NCBI RefSeq assembly: GCF_963921235.1
Contig: NC_086097.1
Span: 174,904,001-174,968,000, forward strand
Direction of reading: 5' to 3'
From: Mobula hypostoma
Lineage: Eukaryota
Length of the DNA stretch: 64,000 nt
Notes under the pieces: generated by a model
Seen by the model: only the letters and a program-made list of their open reading frames with translations
Database searches by the model: none
What the model was told of the DNA's origin: nothing
Made by a program: the position numbers and the translations under genes
In this document: piece by piece, positions 37,320-49,839 of the stretch
Layout of the letters: each line of letters starts with the position of its first letter
How positions within the stretch are numbered: position 1 is the first letter of the stretch

Positions 37320-38145
37320 CTGTCTTCACATGCTGGGATAGATAACTCCCTATCTCACCGAGGGTTTGAGACCCGTCGGCTGCCCTCACCTGGTTTAGCC
37401 GGCTTGTCAAAGCCGCTGCGCAGGGTTTGGCCACTGTCCCATGCAAACAGCTATGAGGAGCCACAGGTGAGAGCTGAGTGCCAGGCAGGGAACCAAAGGT
37501 GGACAAACCACCTGAAAAGGACACGGCATGTTCCCCCACCGAGTTGTTCCAGTCCTTTTGGAAGCAAGGATCCATTCCTCAGGATCTTAAAGATGCGCTC
37601 GTCTGGCATACGGATGACATGACCTGCCCTCAGGGGTAGACTGATGGTAGACTTGCTCTAAAGAGAACTTCAGTGTCTGGTACTTTGTCTTGCCATCTGA
37701 TGCCTAATATTCTGCGAAGACAAGTCATGTGGAAATGGTTGAGCTGTCTTGCATGCCTTCTATACACAGTCCACGTTTCACAGGCATACAGGAGGGTAGT
37801 GAGTACCACGGCTCGGCTCTGTAGACCTTCAGTTTTGTTGCTGGACTGATCCCTTGACGTTCCCATACAGTGGAGCGCAGTCTACCGAAAGCAGAACTTG
37901 CTATTCTGCAGTTAACTTATGTAACAATAGTCACTGCTTGGGAGAAGGTGCTGCCAAGGTAAGTAAACTGGTCCACTGCCTGTAGTTTCTGTCCTTTGAT
38001 TGTGATTTTGGGTTCTGTGTACGGTGCATGAGGAGCAGGCTGGTGCATGATTTCTGTCATTTTGATGTTGATGGTGAGTCCAAAGTTGTCACAAGCCACG
38101 AAGAATTTGTCCGTATTGACTTGCATCTCTGGCTCTGAACCAGTA
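37320..38145 (-). mobile_element. RTE-clade LINE fragments
   Basis: FGLTINIKMTEIMHQPAP...LQAVDQFTYLGST and LLYACETWTVYRRHARQLNHFHMTCLRRILGIRWQDKVPDTEVL are typical of RTE ORF C-terminal regions. 37320-37545 resembles an RTE 5' region (lower confidence). Confidence 0.85.
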
Positions 38146-38280
38146 TTACTTTCAAATCTCTTACTATCGCTTTCTTCTGTTAGTCCTGATGAAGGGTTTC
38201 GACCCAAAACATTGACTGTACTTCTTCCAATAGATGCTGCCCGGCCTGCTGCGTTCCACCAGCATGTTGTGTGTTTTTCT
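38146..38280 (+). mobile_element. Penelope terminal-repeat fragment containing the best-folding hammerhead-like copy
   Basis: tagtcctgatgaagggtttcgacccaaaacattgactg followed by gatgctgcccggcctgctgcgttccaccagcat. Confidence 0.8.
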
Positions 38281-38644
38281 ATGACCATATGCCTTCCACA
38301 CTATCCTCATGATGAATAATTACCAGTGAGGCTCAGACAGGACAGTGAGTACAGAGGTAACTGAAACATCTGGTTTATTACCAACCCTATACAGTCAAAC
38401 CTTCATATTCTTAACTGCCTGAACAATCTATTAAAAATAATTCTTGTGACTTTACTATCACTGTGCTTAAAGGCAATATCCAAAAATAGCCATTACATCA
38501 AACATTTGGTTATGACAGCACAGTTTTATTTTTTTCTCTTCTAGTCACTTCACAGTCAGCCATGATTCAGTAGTAAAATCTTGACTCACCAAAGCCAGAA
38601 GGATGGAATTCCATCCTTAACTATCATTATGCCAGGCTGATAAT

Positions 38645-39130
38645 CAAATCAAATTTAATGTCATGTGCACTGAGGTGCAGGTGCAATAAAATTCTTGCTT
38701 GAAGCAACAGCACAGACATATGGAATCAGACAAAACATGAATTGTACATAAACCAGATGAGACAGTGAAGAAAAATACTTTATAAAACAAGTCATTAGTG
38801 TGGAAACACTATCAGAGACAAATCCACGCAAGAGCAAGAGGTGGTCTATAGTATTTCATTGCTGAGATAGGGTTAGGTTTCTGCTGGTTGGTTCAAGAAC
38901 TTGATGGTTGTAGGAAAGTAGCTATTCCTGAATCTGATGCTGTGGCTTTTGTACTTTCTGCTGAACTGTAACAGTGAGAAGAGAACATGAGCCAGATGGT
39001 GGGGATCATTGATGAAAGATGCCATCTTCTTGATGCAGTCCCTCATGTAGAAGCTGTGCCCACGATGGAACAGGCTGTGTCCACAACTCTTTGCATTGGT
39101 ACTGACAACACGTGGCATTGCCTTCCCCTG
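38645..39130 (-). mobile_element. Rex1/Babar-like LINE 3' fragment
   Basis: KMASFINDPHH.AH.LFSLL...RKYKS...RFRNSYFPTTIKFLN. Confidence 0.75.
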
Positions 39131-39344
39131 TTGGTCTTTCAGTAAAAGATACCTATTGTAGGTGAGTGAATCTGGAGTAACACACACAAAATGCTGAAGG
39201 AACACAGCAGGTCAGTCTGGATCTTTGGAGGGAAATGAACAGTCGACGTTTTGAGCCAGAACACTTAATCAGGACTGGAAAGGAAGGGAGCAGAAGCCAG
39301 AATAAAAGGGTGGGGTAGGAGCAAGAACTGGCAGGTGATGGATG

Positions 39345-42300
39345 TTTCTGATCACGTCCAAGATATCCTGGTGGGAAGGAGAACAACCAGAGGTAGTGGT
39401 ACATATTGGCAGGAAAAGGGAGGAGGTCCTGTAAGCAGACTACAGGGAGTTAGGTAAGAAGTTGAAAAGCAGGACCACAAAGTTAATCATCTCAGGATTA
39501 CCGCCTGTGTCATGCGACAGTGAGTATAGGAATAGAATGAGATGGAGGATAAATGCGTGGGTGAGGGATTGGAGCAGGGGACAGGGATTCAGATTTCTGG
39601 ATTATTGGGACCTCTTTTGGGGCAGGAATGACCTGTACAAAAAGGACAGGTTGCACTTGAATCCCGGGGGACCAATATGCTGTTGGGGAGGTTTGCTGAG
39701 GCTGTTGAGAGTTTAAACTAGGATTGCTGGGGGTGGAAACCAAACTGAAGAGACAGAGGAAGAGGCGGTTGGCTCACAAACAGAGAAAGCTTGGAGACAG
39801 TGTGAGAGGGAGGATAGGTAAGTGATCAAGAAGGGACAAACTCAGACCGATGGTTTGAAATGTGTCTATTTATAGACCACCCAATAGTAACAGGGACATC
39901 AAGGAGCAGATAGGAAGACAGGTTCTGGAAAGGTGTAATAATAACAGGGTTGCCATGGTGGGAGATTTTAATTTCCCAAATATTAATGGCATGTTCCTAG
40001 AGCAAGGGGTTTAGATGGGGTGGAATTTGTTGGGTGTGCTAAAGAAGGTTTCTTGACACAATATGTAGATAAGCCTACAAGAGAGGCTGTACTTGATCTG
40101 GTATTAGGAAATGAACCTGGTCAGGTGTCAGATCTCTCAGTGGGAGAGCATTTGTGTGGAGTTCTGCATAGGTACGTTCCAATGAGACAGGGAAGTTATG
40201 GTAGGGTACAGGAACCGTGGTGTACAAAGGCTGTTTTAAATCTAATCAAGAAGAAAAGAGCTTACGAAAGGTTCAAAAAGCAAGGTAATGACAGAGAGCT
40301 AGAAGATTATAAGGCTAGCAGGAAAGAGCTCAAGAAAGAAATTAGAAGATCCAGAAGGGGCCATGAGAAGGCCTTGGTGGACAGGATTAAGGAAAATCTT
40401 TTACTTTTACTTTACTTTATTGTTGCCAAACAATTGATACTAGAGCGCACAATCATCACAGCGATATTTGATTCTGCGCTTCACGCTCCTGGAGTACAAA
40501 TCGATAGTAAATATTAAAACTTTAAATTATAAATCATAAATAGAAAATAGAAAAGGGAAAGTAAGGTAGTGCAAAAAAAATGAGAGGCAGGTCCGGATAT
40601 TTGGAGGGCAGGGCCCAGATCTGGGTCAGGATCATTCAGCAGTCTTATCACAGTTGGAAAGAAGCTGTTCCCAAATCTGGCCGTATGAGTCTTCAAGCTC
40701 CTGAGCCTTCTCCTGGAGGGAAGAGGGACGAAAAGTGTGTTGGCTGGGTGGGTCATGTCCTTGATTATCCTGGCAGCACTGCTCCAACAGCGTGTGGTGT
40801 AAAGTGAATCCAAGGACAGAAGATTGGTTTGTGTGATGTGCTGCGCTGTGTTCACAATCTTCTGCAGCTTCTTCCGGTCTTGGCCAGGACAACTTCCATA
40901 CCAGGTTGTGATGCACCCTAGAAGAAGGCTTTCTACGTTGCATCTATAAAATTAGTGAAGGTTTTAAGGGGACAGGCCAAATTTCTTCAGCATTCTCAGG
41001 AAGTAAAGGTGCTGGTGGGCCTTCTAAACCCCAAGATATTCTACAAGTATGTTAAGAGCAAGAGGATAAGATGTGAGAGAATAGGAGCAATCAAGTGTGA
41101 CAGTCGAAAAGTGTATATGGAACCAGAGGAGATAGCAGAGGTACTTAATGAGTACTTTGCTTCAGTATTTACTACAGAAAAGGATCTTGGTGATTGTAGG
41201 GATGACTTACAGTGGACTGAAAAGCTTGAGCATGTAGATATTAAGAAAGAGGATGTGCAGGAGCTTTTGGAAAGCATCAAGTTGGCTAAGTCACCTGGAC
41301 TGGACTAGATGTACCCCAGGCTACTGTGGGAGGTGAAGGAGGAGATTGCTGAGCCTCTGGCAATGATCTTTGCATCATCAATGGGGCCGGGAGAGGTTCT
41401 AGAGGATTGGAGGGTTGTGGATGTTGTTCCATTATTCAAGAAAGGGAGTAGAGATACCCAGGAAATTATAGACCAGTGAGTCTTACTTCATTGGTTGGTA
41501 AGTTGATGGAGAAGATCCTAAGAGGCAGGATTTATGAACAGCTGGAGAGGCATAATATGATTAGGAATAGTCAGTATGGCTTTGTGAAAGGCAGATCATG
41601 CCTTATGAGCCTGATTGAATTTTTTGAGGATGTGACTAAACACATTGAAGGTAGAGCAGTAGGTGGTGTATATGGATTTCAGCAAGGCATTTGACAAGGC
41701 ACCCCATGCAAGGCTTATTGAGAAAGTAAGGAGGCAAGGGATCCAAGGGGACATTGCTTTGTGGATCCGGAACTGGCTTGCCCACAGAAGGCAAAGAGTG
41801 GTTGTAGATGGGTCATATTCTGCATGGAGATCAGTCACCAGTGGTGTACCTCAGGGATCTGTTCTGGGACCCCTACTCTTCATGATTTTTATATATGACC
41901 TGGATGAAGTAGTGGAGGGATGGGTTAGTAAATCTGATGATGACATAAATGTTGGAGGTGTTGTGGATAGGGTGGAGGGCTGTCAGAGGTTACAGCAGGA
42001 CATTGATAGGATGCAAAACTGGGCTGAGAAGTGGTAGATGGAGTTCAACCCAGGTAAGTGTGAGGTGGTTCATTTTGGTAGGTCAAATATGATGACAGAA
42101 AATAGTATTAATGGTAAGACTCTTGGTAGCATGGAGGATCAGAGGGATCTTGGGGTCCAAGTTCATAGGACACTCAAGGCTGCTGTGCAGGTTGACTCTG
42201 TGGTTAAGAAAGCATACAGTGCATTGGCCTTCATCAATTGTGGGATTGAGTTTAGGAGCCGAAAGGTAATGTTGCATCTATATAGGACCCTGGTAAGACC

Positions 42301-42836
42301 CCACTTGGAGTACTGTGCTCAGTTCTGGTCGCCTCACTATAGGTAGGATGTGGAAACCATAGAAAGGGTGCAGAGGACATTTACAAGGATGTTGTCTGGA
42401 TTGGAGAGTATGCCTTGTGAGAATAAGTTGAGTGAACTCGGCCTTTTCTCCTTGGAGCGATGGAGGATGAGAAGTGACCTGATAGAGGTGTATAAGATGA
42501 TGCGAGGCATCGATCATGTGGATAATCAGAGACTTTTTCCCAGGGCGGAAATGGCTAGCACGAGAGGGTACAGTTTTACAGTGCTAGAAGTAGGTACAGA
42601 GGAGATATCGGGGTTAAGTTTTTTTTACGCAGAGAGTGGTGAGTGCGTGGAATGGGCTGCCGACAACAGTGGTGGAGATGGATACGATAGGGTCTTTTAA
42701 GAGACTCTTGGATAGGTATATGGAGCTCAGAAAAATAGAGGGCTATAGGTAACCCTAGTTAATTTCTCAGGACATTTTCTGCACAGCTTTGTAGGCCGAG
42801 GGGCCTGTATTGTGCTGTAGGTTTTCTATGTTTCTA
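39345..42836 (+). mobile_element. Long CR1 LINE: ORF1 SGNH/GDSL-esterase remnant, internally deleted endonuclease, RT and 3' end
   Basis: ORF1: VVVHIG..KSRTTKLIISGLPPV..NAWVRDW..GQGFRFLDYW..LYKKDRLHLN. ORF2: MVGDFNFP, VLDLVLGN, YMDFSKAFDK.PH, SGVPQGSVLGPLLF, RPHLEYCAQFWSP. Tail ttttctatgtttcta. Confidence 0.93.
40398..41022 (-). mobile_element. Rex1/Babar-like 3' fragment with (AAAGT)n-type tail nested in the CR1
   Basis: HPANTLFVPLPSRRRLRSLKTHTARFGNSFFPTVIRLLN. The host CR1 reading (RIKEN|PKIFYKYV) resumes after the insert. Confidence 0.88.
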
Positions 42837-44334
42837 ATCCAGGTGAGAGGAGGTAGGTAGAAAGGAAGGGGAGAGAGGGGAGGTGGAAGGTGGAAGAAGG
42901 AAGAAGCAGAGTTGAACCTGATGTAATCTGGGACATCTGAGAATCTCACTCCCACCATACTTGCTTTGCACAGAGGGTAAGAATGGATATTTTAGATGCT
43001 ATCTTCATAAATATGGTTCCTCTGTGTGAGACGACACTATTTCCTATGTCTGTAAGAATGTGCAAGCAAATGTTTTTCTATTTTAAGTATTCCAAATATT
43101 TCATTAAGAATTTGCAGCTTGTCATGACTGATGTTTTGCATATTAAGTGCTAATTTGAAGGGATTCAGCCTCATCATTGCAAAATAAATTGAGTATATTA
43201 TCCTCAGAGTCTTGGCCAAAATGTATGGCTAAGAGCAACAGATTATCTGCTATCACTTTGCAGTTTTTTGGGAGATTCTCTTGTGCAAAAAATGGCTACC
43301 TTGCTTGTGATGGCTACCTCATTGTCACAAAGTGCATTTCAGCTACTGGCCAAGAAATACATTCAGATACAAAGGTTTGTGGTTTCTTGAGCTATCTGTA
43401 CATTACCTCAGAATGGAAAAGATGTGACTTCTAAAGCAACATTGGAATAAATGACAGGGCAATTTTTAAAAACCTAAGAGCAATCTCTTTTCAATCCAGT
43501 ATGTTTTTCCAAAATGAGGTCATGAAGAAACACTTTTAGATATTTCTAACTGGCGAGTGAAAATGTATGAGGAGAGTCAACATTTCGACCTGTGACCCGA
43601 TGAAGAATTTCAGCCTGAAATGTTGACTGTTTGTTCCTCTTTATAGATGCTGCCCGACCTGCTGAGATCCTCCAGCATCTGTAGAATTTCTTTAAGATTG
43701 CAGAGTAGAGACATAATCTGGCTTTAAAATATCTAATTCTATTAAGTGACATGGTTTGATTGATCATTAAATTAATTTTGTTTTAATTGTTATTTTCAAC
43801 TCTGGGCTGAACATTAATGGAGATAAGGGACACTGCATCAGAACTTCTAAAATTCCTGCCATTTCCCCACCCCACACCACCACGCGTGTACGCACAAGCA
43901 GCAACTGCTTGATCCACTGAGTTCCTCCTGCAGTTTAATTTTTGCTCTGGATTCTTATATCTGCAGTCTCTTATGTTATCGGTAGCGATTGGCTGTAAAT
44001 GTTTCCCTGAAGTAACTATTGCTTTGCATATCAAGTGGTAACTTCAAGAAATTCCTCCTCACCATCACAAAGGACAAATGACTTTTCCTCAGCTCTTTGG
44101 CCAAAATGTGTCCCCTGGCTGTGAAAGGCACACAGCAAGTCTTTTAATCTATCCCTGGAATGGTGGAAAACTAGGTAGAGGAAAGCATTTTCTGAAGCTT
44201 TAGTGCCCTCTAAAGGGCTATATTTTATACACCAGCTCAAAATATTTAGAACTTGGTGTATTCAAAAATTTCTATTAATGTCCAGAAACAAATGCAGTTG
44301 TGCCAGGACAGTGTAAAGACACAGAATCACTATT

Positions 44335-45090
44335 AATTAATATTAATGGCTCCGTCTAAGTAGACAATGGATGTGCCCGGTTTAGGACTCAATTGGGTGT
44401 GGAACAGCGTCGGCTGTGGCTGAATAAGCCGATTCTTGAGCGGCAGTCTTTGGCACAGCTGCGGCACAGGAAGGCTGATGGCTGCGGCTGGGGAGTCACT
44501 GCCACAGCTTTCCTTCTCTCTCTTCTGTCCGACCACAGTCGAGGTCGTTTTTCCTCTGCATTGGTAATGCCTGTACGTACAGCCTGTCGCCAGGTACAGC
44601 GATTTGCAGCTGTCTCTTCCCAAGTGTCCACCCCGATATCAGACTTCAGGTCACGTTTACAGACATCCCTGTAACGCAGCAGTGGTCACCCTGTGGGCCG
44701 GGATCCTGTGGCGAGTTCTCCGTATAGGATGTCCTTGGGGATGCGGCCATCTTGCATGCGGCAGACGTGGCCAAGCCAGCGCAGTCATCGCTGTGTGAGA
44801 AGGACATACATGCTTGGCATGCTGGCCTGGTCCAGGATACCCTTGTTTGGCACGCGGTCTTTCCAGGAAATGCCCAGGAACTGATGCAAGCACCGTAGGT
44901 GGAAACCGTTGAGGTGGTGCTCTTGGTGCGCGTAGGTGGGCCAACTCTCGCTGCCGTAGAGAAGAGTACTCAGTACGCAGGCTCTGTACGCTGCAATCTT
45001 GGTGGCTGTGGTGAGTTTCTTGTTTCTCCACACTCCCTCTGACAGCTTGGCCATAGCAGCAGCGGCTTTCCCTATTCGCCTGTTGAGCTC
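44335..45090 (-). mobile_element. RTE-clade LINE 3' portion, relatively young
   Basis: LSTLLYGSESWPTY..HHLNGFHLRCL..ISWKDRVPN, plus the C-terminal zinc finger FLCRSCAKDCRSRIGLFSHSRRC. CpG-rich. Confidence 0.9.
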
Positions 45091-46294
45091 TGGATAAATT
45101 ACAAAAATAAGTAATGCAGTAAATAGAAATAGAGGTTGTGTTCATAGACCGTTAGAAAGTATGATGGCGAAGGGGAAGAAGCTGTTCCTGAATCATTGAG
45201 GGTGGGTTGTCAGGCACGTGTACCTCCTTCTCAATGGTGGTAACAAGAAGAGGGTATGGGTGGGTCCTCACTGAAAGATGCCACCTTCTTGGAGCATCGT
45301 CTTTTGAAGATCTCTCGATGGTGGGGAGGGTTGTGCCTGTGGTGGAGCTGGGTGAGTCTACAATCCTCTGCAACTTCTTTTCATCCTGCACATTGGGGAC
45401 TCCATACTAGGAGGCAATGCAACTAGTCATAATGCTCTCCAAATTGCAACTGTATATCAGGGCAGCACTGGTAGCATTTTGTGTTCCTTCAGCAGTTGTC
45501 TCCAATCTTCATACTCCCTCCCCCATCTTGCATTGCTCTGATGCACTCTCCCATCTTCTGACAGCACCTTCCCTTGTAACTGAAGAAGCTACACCTGTTC
45601 TACCTCCTCCATTCTGCATTCTAAACAAGTTCCAGCTGAAGCAATGATTTACTTATACTTCTGTGTTCATAATCTGTGCTCATCTCTGAGGATACTTAAC
45701 TGAGAATAGATCTGTTCAGTTATATATATTAACCAAGACTCCCAATACCTGAAATTTTAATTTCAGATTTTTGGTGCTTGTGTGTTTTTTTTTCCCATGT
45801 ACATAAACTTTAAATTTCTAAAAAAAAGTTAACACAGGCATAAAACAAATAACATTTATCCCAGCAGTCTTATATAGTGATATAGTTTTCATAGTGATAA
45901 ACTCAATTGCACTGACTTACTGTTTAATTCATTCTATGTGGGCTTAATCTCTCATAAATCCTCTGGATTCAAACACTGATTACAATTAAACAAACAAGAG
46001 TTCAGTTTAATGTCAGTAAAATATATTGCAGTCACAATGAATTTCAACTACGTGCAGATCAATGCAAGGCAATCTTGTCAGCACTGCATGGCTGGAAATA
46101 GCAAATAAGAAACAAATCTGTTCAGAGAGTTATCTTTGAGTCAATTAGCATCAGAATTCAAACTCAGCTTAACAGGATGTACCATTTAATTGAAGACAAG
46201 AGCTCTGGCCATTGGAGAGAGAATGTAAACAGTGAACTTCAGACAAGCTTTGAGATACCGCCTGAAACTTGCACAAGTATCTAGTAGCATCTTT

Positions 46295-46943
46295 TTAAAC
46301 TTCAATATTTATTTTTGCGAGGCGATACTGCAGGGAAGCGGAATTCCTCACCAGTACCAAGCCACGCTTCTCTGCCGGTTGATTGGACAGCATATGCAAG
46401 AGTCCTAATAAGCTAACAAATGCCAAGGCTTCCCCACAGCCTACATTCAGTGAAAAATCCCCTTGGCTTACATATCCAATTGCAAGTCTGGAGCAGTGGG
46501 ACATCACATCCTGTGGTGGATCAGGCCACAAGCCTAGAACTAAGTCCTTTTGATAATTTGAAACTGATTCGAAGTCCTGTCCTCCAGAGCCACTTTCTTG
46601 AACTTTTGACAAAGCTCCTTTCTTTTTCTTCAAGATTTTAATTTGCCGTTTGTAGGGGTCTCTGTGCTTTGGTTCTTGAGGAGCACATCTCTGAGGCTCA
46701 GAGGCTGCAAACTGGAGGTCTTCCTCAGAAGGAATACAAATTGTTGCATTGGCAATGGGACAGCCCTTTGTCAATGATGAGAGTCTGGCCCAGACAAGGA
46801 ACCGGGGATAGGAGCACACAATGGAATTCACCACATCTGCAGCCATCTGCACTTGCAGGGACCCACGGGCGAGTTTAGCTTGCTGACCACGGCTTGATGT
46901 GGGGCGACACCATGCAGATAATTGCTTCAATAACTTTCTGCTC
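46295..46943 (-). CDS. POP1: POP1 (RNase P/MRP protein subunit), terminal coding exon
   Basis: Minus-strand acceptor tttctgttgtgttctAG before 46943. Translates (R)SRKLLKQLSAWCRP...LVLGLWP...HCSRLAIGYVSQGDFSL..GCGEALAFVSL.GLLHML...GLVLVRNSASLQYRLAKINIEV*, the typical vertebrate POP1 C-terminus. TAA at 46297-46295. Confidence 0.95.
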
Positions 46944-47454
46944 CTAGAACACAACAGAAACAACGATGACTACAATACCCTGCTAACTTATAGAATCACT
47001 TGAGCACAACCATGTTTTAAATTATGCTTTTCAGAGTACATTGGCACGAAGTTGGAGAACAGTTGGAAAGCAGTTACTGCAGTTTGAATTGAGTGCAGCA
47101 CAAGAGGGATACAGATTTAAAACATTTAAAGAAAAACTTGGAACAAGTTTCGAAGTCTATAAAGTCAAATTTATTGTCATATGCACAAGTTTATGTCTGC
47201 ACAGATGCAATGAAAATCTTGCTTGCAGGAGAATCTCAGGTATATAGCATATAAGCAGCATTCTTAAGATAAAAAATTTACAAGAAATAACACAATTATA
47301 ACAAAAAGTGCACTAAAATAATTGTTCCAAGCAGACACAGTGCTCAGTATGCAAGATGGACAACCAGATCAGAACAAAACCCCCTAAAACATTATAAAAA
47401 TAGATAGTGCACTTTGTCTTTCAGAATATGAAAACAATGAGCAGCTAGTTACAG

Positions 47455-48085
47455 ACAGGGGTCTTGGGGGTCCATGTCCACAGCTCCCTGAAAATAGCTG
47501 GGCAAGTAAATTGGTGCTAAAGGTGGCATATTGCATGCTTACCCTTGTTCCTCATGGTATTGAACACAAGACTCAGTGCACCATATTGCAGCTATATAAA
47601 GCTTTGATTAGACTGAACTTAAGAGTAGTGTACAATTCTGGTTGACCCATTACAGAAGGATGCGGAGCCTTTGGAAAGGGTACAGAAGAGATTCACCAGG
47701 ATGCTGCCTGGACTAAAAGGTATAAGAGTTTGGAAAAACTTGCATTGTTTTCTCTGGAGCATCAGAGGAAGGGGGGAAACCTTATATTAGTTTGTGAAAG
47801 GCATAGATAAGCAGAATCGTTTTCCCAGGGAAGAAATATCAAATACTAGAGGGCATGTATTAAGAGTGAAAAGATTAAAAGAGGTGTTCAGGGCAGAGAG
47901 TGGTAGAGACTGGAACAGGCTGCTGGGGTATTAGTAGATAAATGCCATTTAGATAAAAACATGAATATACGGGAAATTAAAGGGGATGGATCATGTGTAA
48001 GCAGAAGAGTTTCATTTAATCTGGATTATATTTAACGCAGACATTATGAGCTGAGGGGCCTGTTCCTGTGCTGTACTGTTCTATG
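47455..48085 (+). mobile_element. CR1 LINE 3' fragment, followed by a V-SINE at ~48086-48330
   Basis: LERVQKRFTRMLPGL-like sequence and tail gggcctgttcctgtgctgtactgttctatg. The V-domain follows at 48170-48240. Confidence 0.8.
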
Positions 48086-48525
48086 GTCGTGATATAGCGC
48101 AACGTTATTACAGCTCGGGGCAATACAGTGTTTGGAGTTCAATTCTGGGTCCGTTATTTAAGGGTTCTCTGTATGTCCTCCCCATGGAATGCATGGGTTT
48201 TCTCTGGGTCCTCCATTTTCCTCCCACAGTCCAAAGGCGTATACGGTAGGTTAAACGGTCATTGGAAATGCTCCCATAATTAGGTTTGTCGGGGCCTGCT
48301 CTGCTCTGTTTTGCTAAGTATAAATAAAGTGCAGGAGATGCAGATTGCTTACTGTCCTTGCCTTAAAACATTGAAGCTATTTTATCAGTAATTAGAGACT
48401 GATAATGAAATCAAGATATCATCCTTTCTAATGCTTCTACTCAATAAAAAGAGGAATCCTTTCTCAGGCATACCTTCATTAGTAATATTGATAGACTTTG
48501 GAAAAAGACCAAGTGATATACAGAC

Positions 48526-48870
48526 CTTAGTACAGAAACATGACCACTTTCTGCTGGAATGTCTTTAGTGCTTGAAATTGTTGGCCCAAGAACAACATTT
48601 TCAGAATCCTCTTCCATTTCCTCCCCAGGCTCAGGAGTTTTCTCGTTATTTGATGACTGTTTGGGCATTTTTCCTTCATCTACACAAACTGGACTATCCT
48701 TTGAGTTCTGCACTTCAGAAGTTAGCTCTGTTTCTTTGCCAAAGAGAGTAGGTTTGACACTGTTAGCTTTGCACTTTCCTTCCCATTCCTCTACAAGTTG
48801 CTGCCAAGGACAACGAAATGGAGTCATGGTGCCATAGTGGATATAGTTGGGTCTCTTGGCAGGTGGATAT
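48526..48870 (-). CDS. POP1: POP1 coding exon
   Basis: Acceptor ttctctttAG and donor GTctgt. Length 345 nt (1+342+2). Translates (R)YPPAKRPNYIHYGTMTPFRCPWQQLVEEWE...HVSVL(R), containing the conserved PPAKRPNY..G...PF..PW motif. Confidence 0.93.
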
Positions 48871-49275
48871 CTAAAGAGAAATATGGTTAGTCTGTAGAAC
48901 AAATGGGTAAAACTTCAATATAATGTTATCAAGAGAATAATATACAAGCCTTCTAAGACAACTACAATAAACTATGATGAAGCCCAGGCTGGAATCTGGC
49001 GCAAAGAATAAACTGCTGGAGGAACTCAGCAGGTCAAATTGTGTGGGGGAAGCGGGGTGGTGAAAGAATTGTCAATGCTCCTGATTGTGATTATATATCA
49101 GAACTCAAATGTCTTGACTCTTACATTTTGTTCTGATCCTGACGTAGCATCTTAACAAAATATGTCAACAGTCCCTTTCCCTTCACAAAAGACAAAGCCC
49201 ATGCTCATTTTTCAAAAATCTGCTAGTTTGCAATAAATTACATTAGTTCAGGTAGATCTTTAAATGGCACAAAAA

Positions 49276-49839
49276 CACTCAGTAGCCACTTTATTAGGTA
49301 CTTCCTAGTACAGGAGGTACTTACTAAAGTGGCCACTGAGTGTATTTCTGTATGTTCGTGGTCTTCTGCTGCTGCAGCCTATCCACTTCATGGTTCAACA
49401 TGTGCGTTCAGAGATGCTCTTCTGCACACTACTGTTGTAACGTGGTTATTGGACTTCCTGTCGCCTTCCTGTCATCTGAACCAGTCTGGCCATTCTCCCC
49501 TGACCCCTCTCAATTAACAAGGTGTTTTGCTCACAGAACTGACACTTACGGGATGATTTTTTTTGTTTGTTTTTTGCACCATTCTCTGTACACTCCAGGG
49601 ACAGTTACGCATGAAAATCCCAGGAGACCAGCAATTTCTGAGATAGTCAAACCACCCTATCTGGCACCAACCATCAGTCACTTTGATCACATTTCTTCCC
49701 CATTTTGATGCTTGGTTTAAACAACAACTGAACCTCTTGACCATACCTGCCCATGTTTTTATGTATTGAATTGCTGCCACATGATTGACTGATATTTGCA
49801 TTAACATACAGATGTACCTAATAAAGTGGCCACTGAGTG
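49276..49839 (-). mobile_element. Non-autonomous Tc1/mariner DNA transposon
   Basis: TIRs CACTCAGT(A/G)GCCACTTTATTAGGTAC at 49276-49301 and 49814-49839, with TA after the right TIR. Minus-strand remnant of a Tc1 transposase N-terminus (MGKKCD...MVGAR..GLTISEIAGLLGFS..TV.GVYREWCKK). Confidence 0.85.

Noticed and set aside
39462..39716. Cellular GDSL/SGNH lipase gene
   Set aside because: It lies directly upstream of CR1 endonuclease/RT remnants and is disrupted, so it is the esterase domain of CR1 ORF1.
45700..46294. POP1 polyadenylation signal
   Set aside because: Only variant hexamers (several ATTAAA and one GATAAA on the minus strand) were seen, so one cannot be chosen without transcript data.
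48441..48525. In-frame extension of the POP1 exon (SVYHLVFFQ...) shown in the ORF track
   Set aside because: Splicing at the GT after 48526 restores the conserved VLR|SRKLLKQLSAW junction, so the extension is intron. The same applies to the ORF-track N-terminal extensions at 46944-46963, 48871-48902 and 58144-58191.
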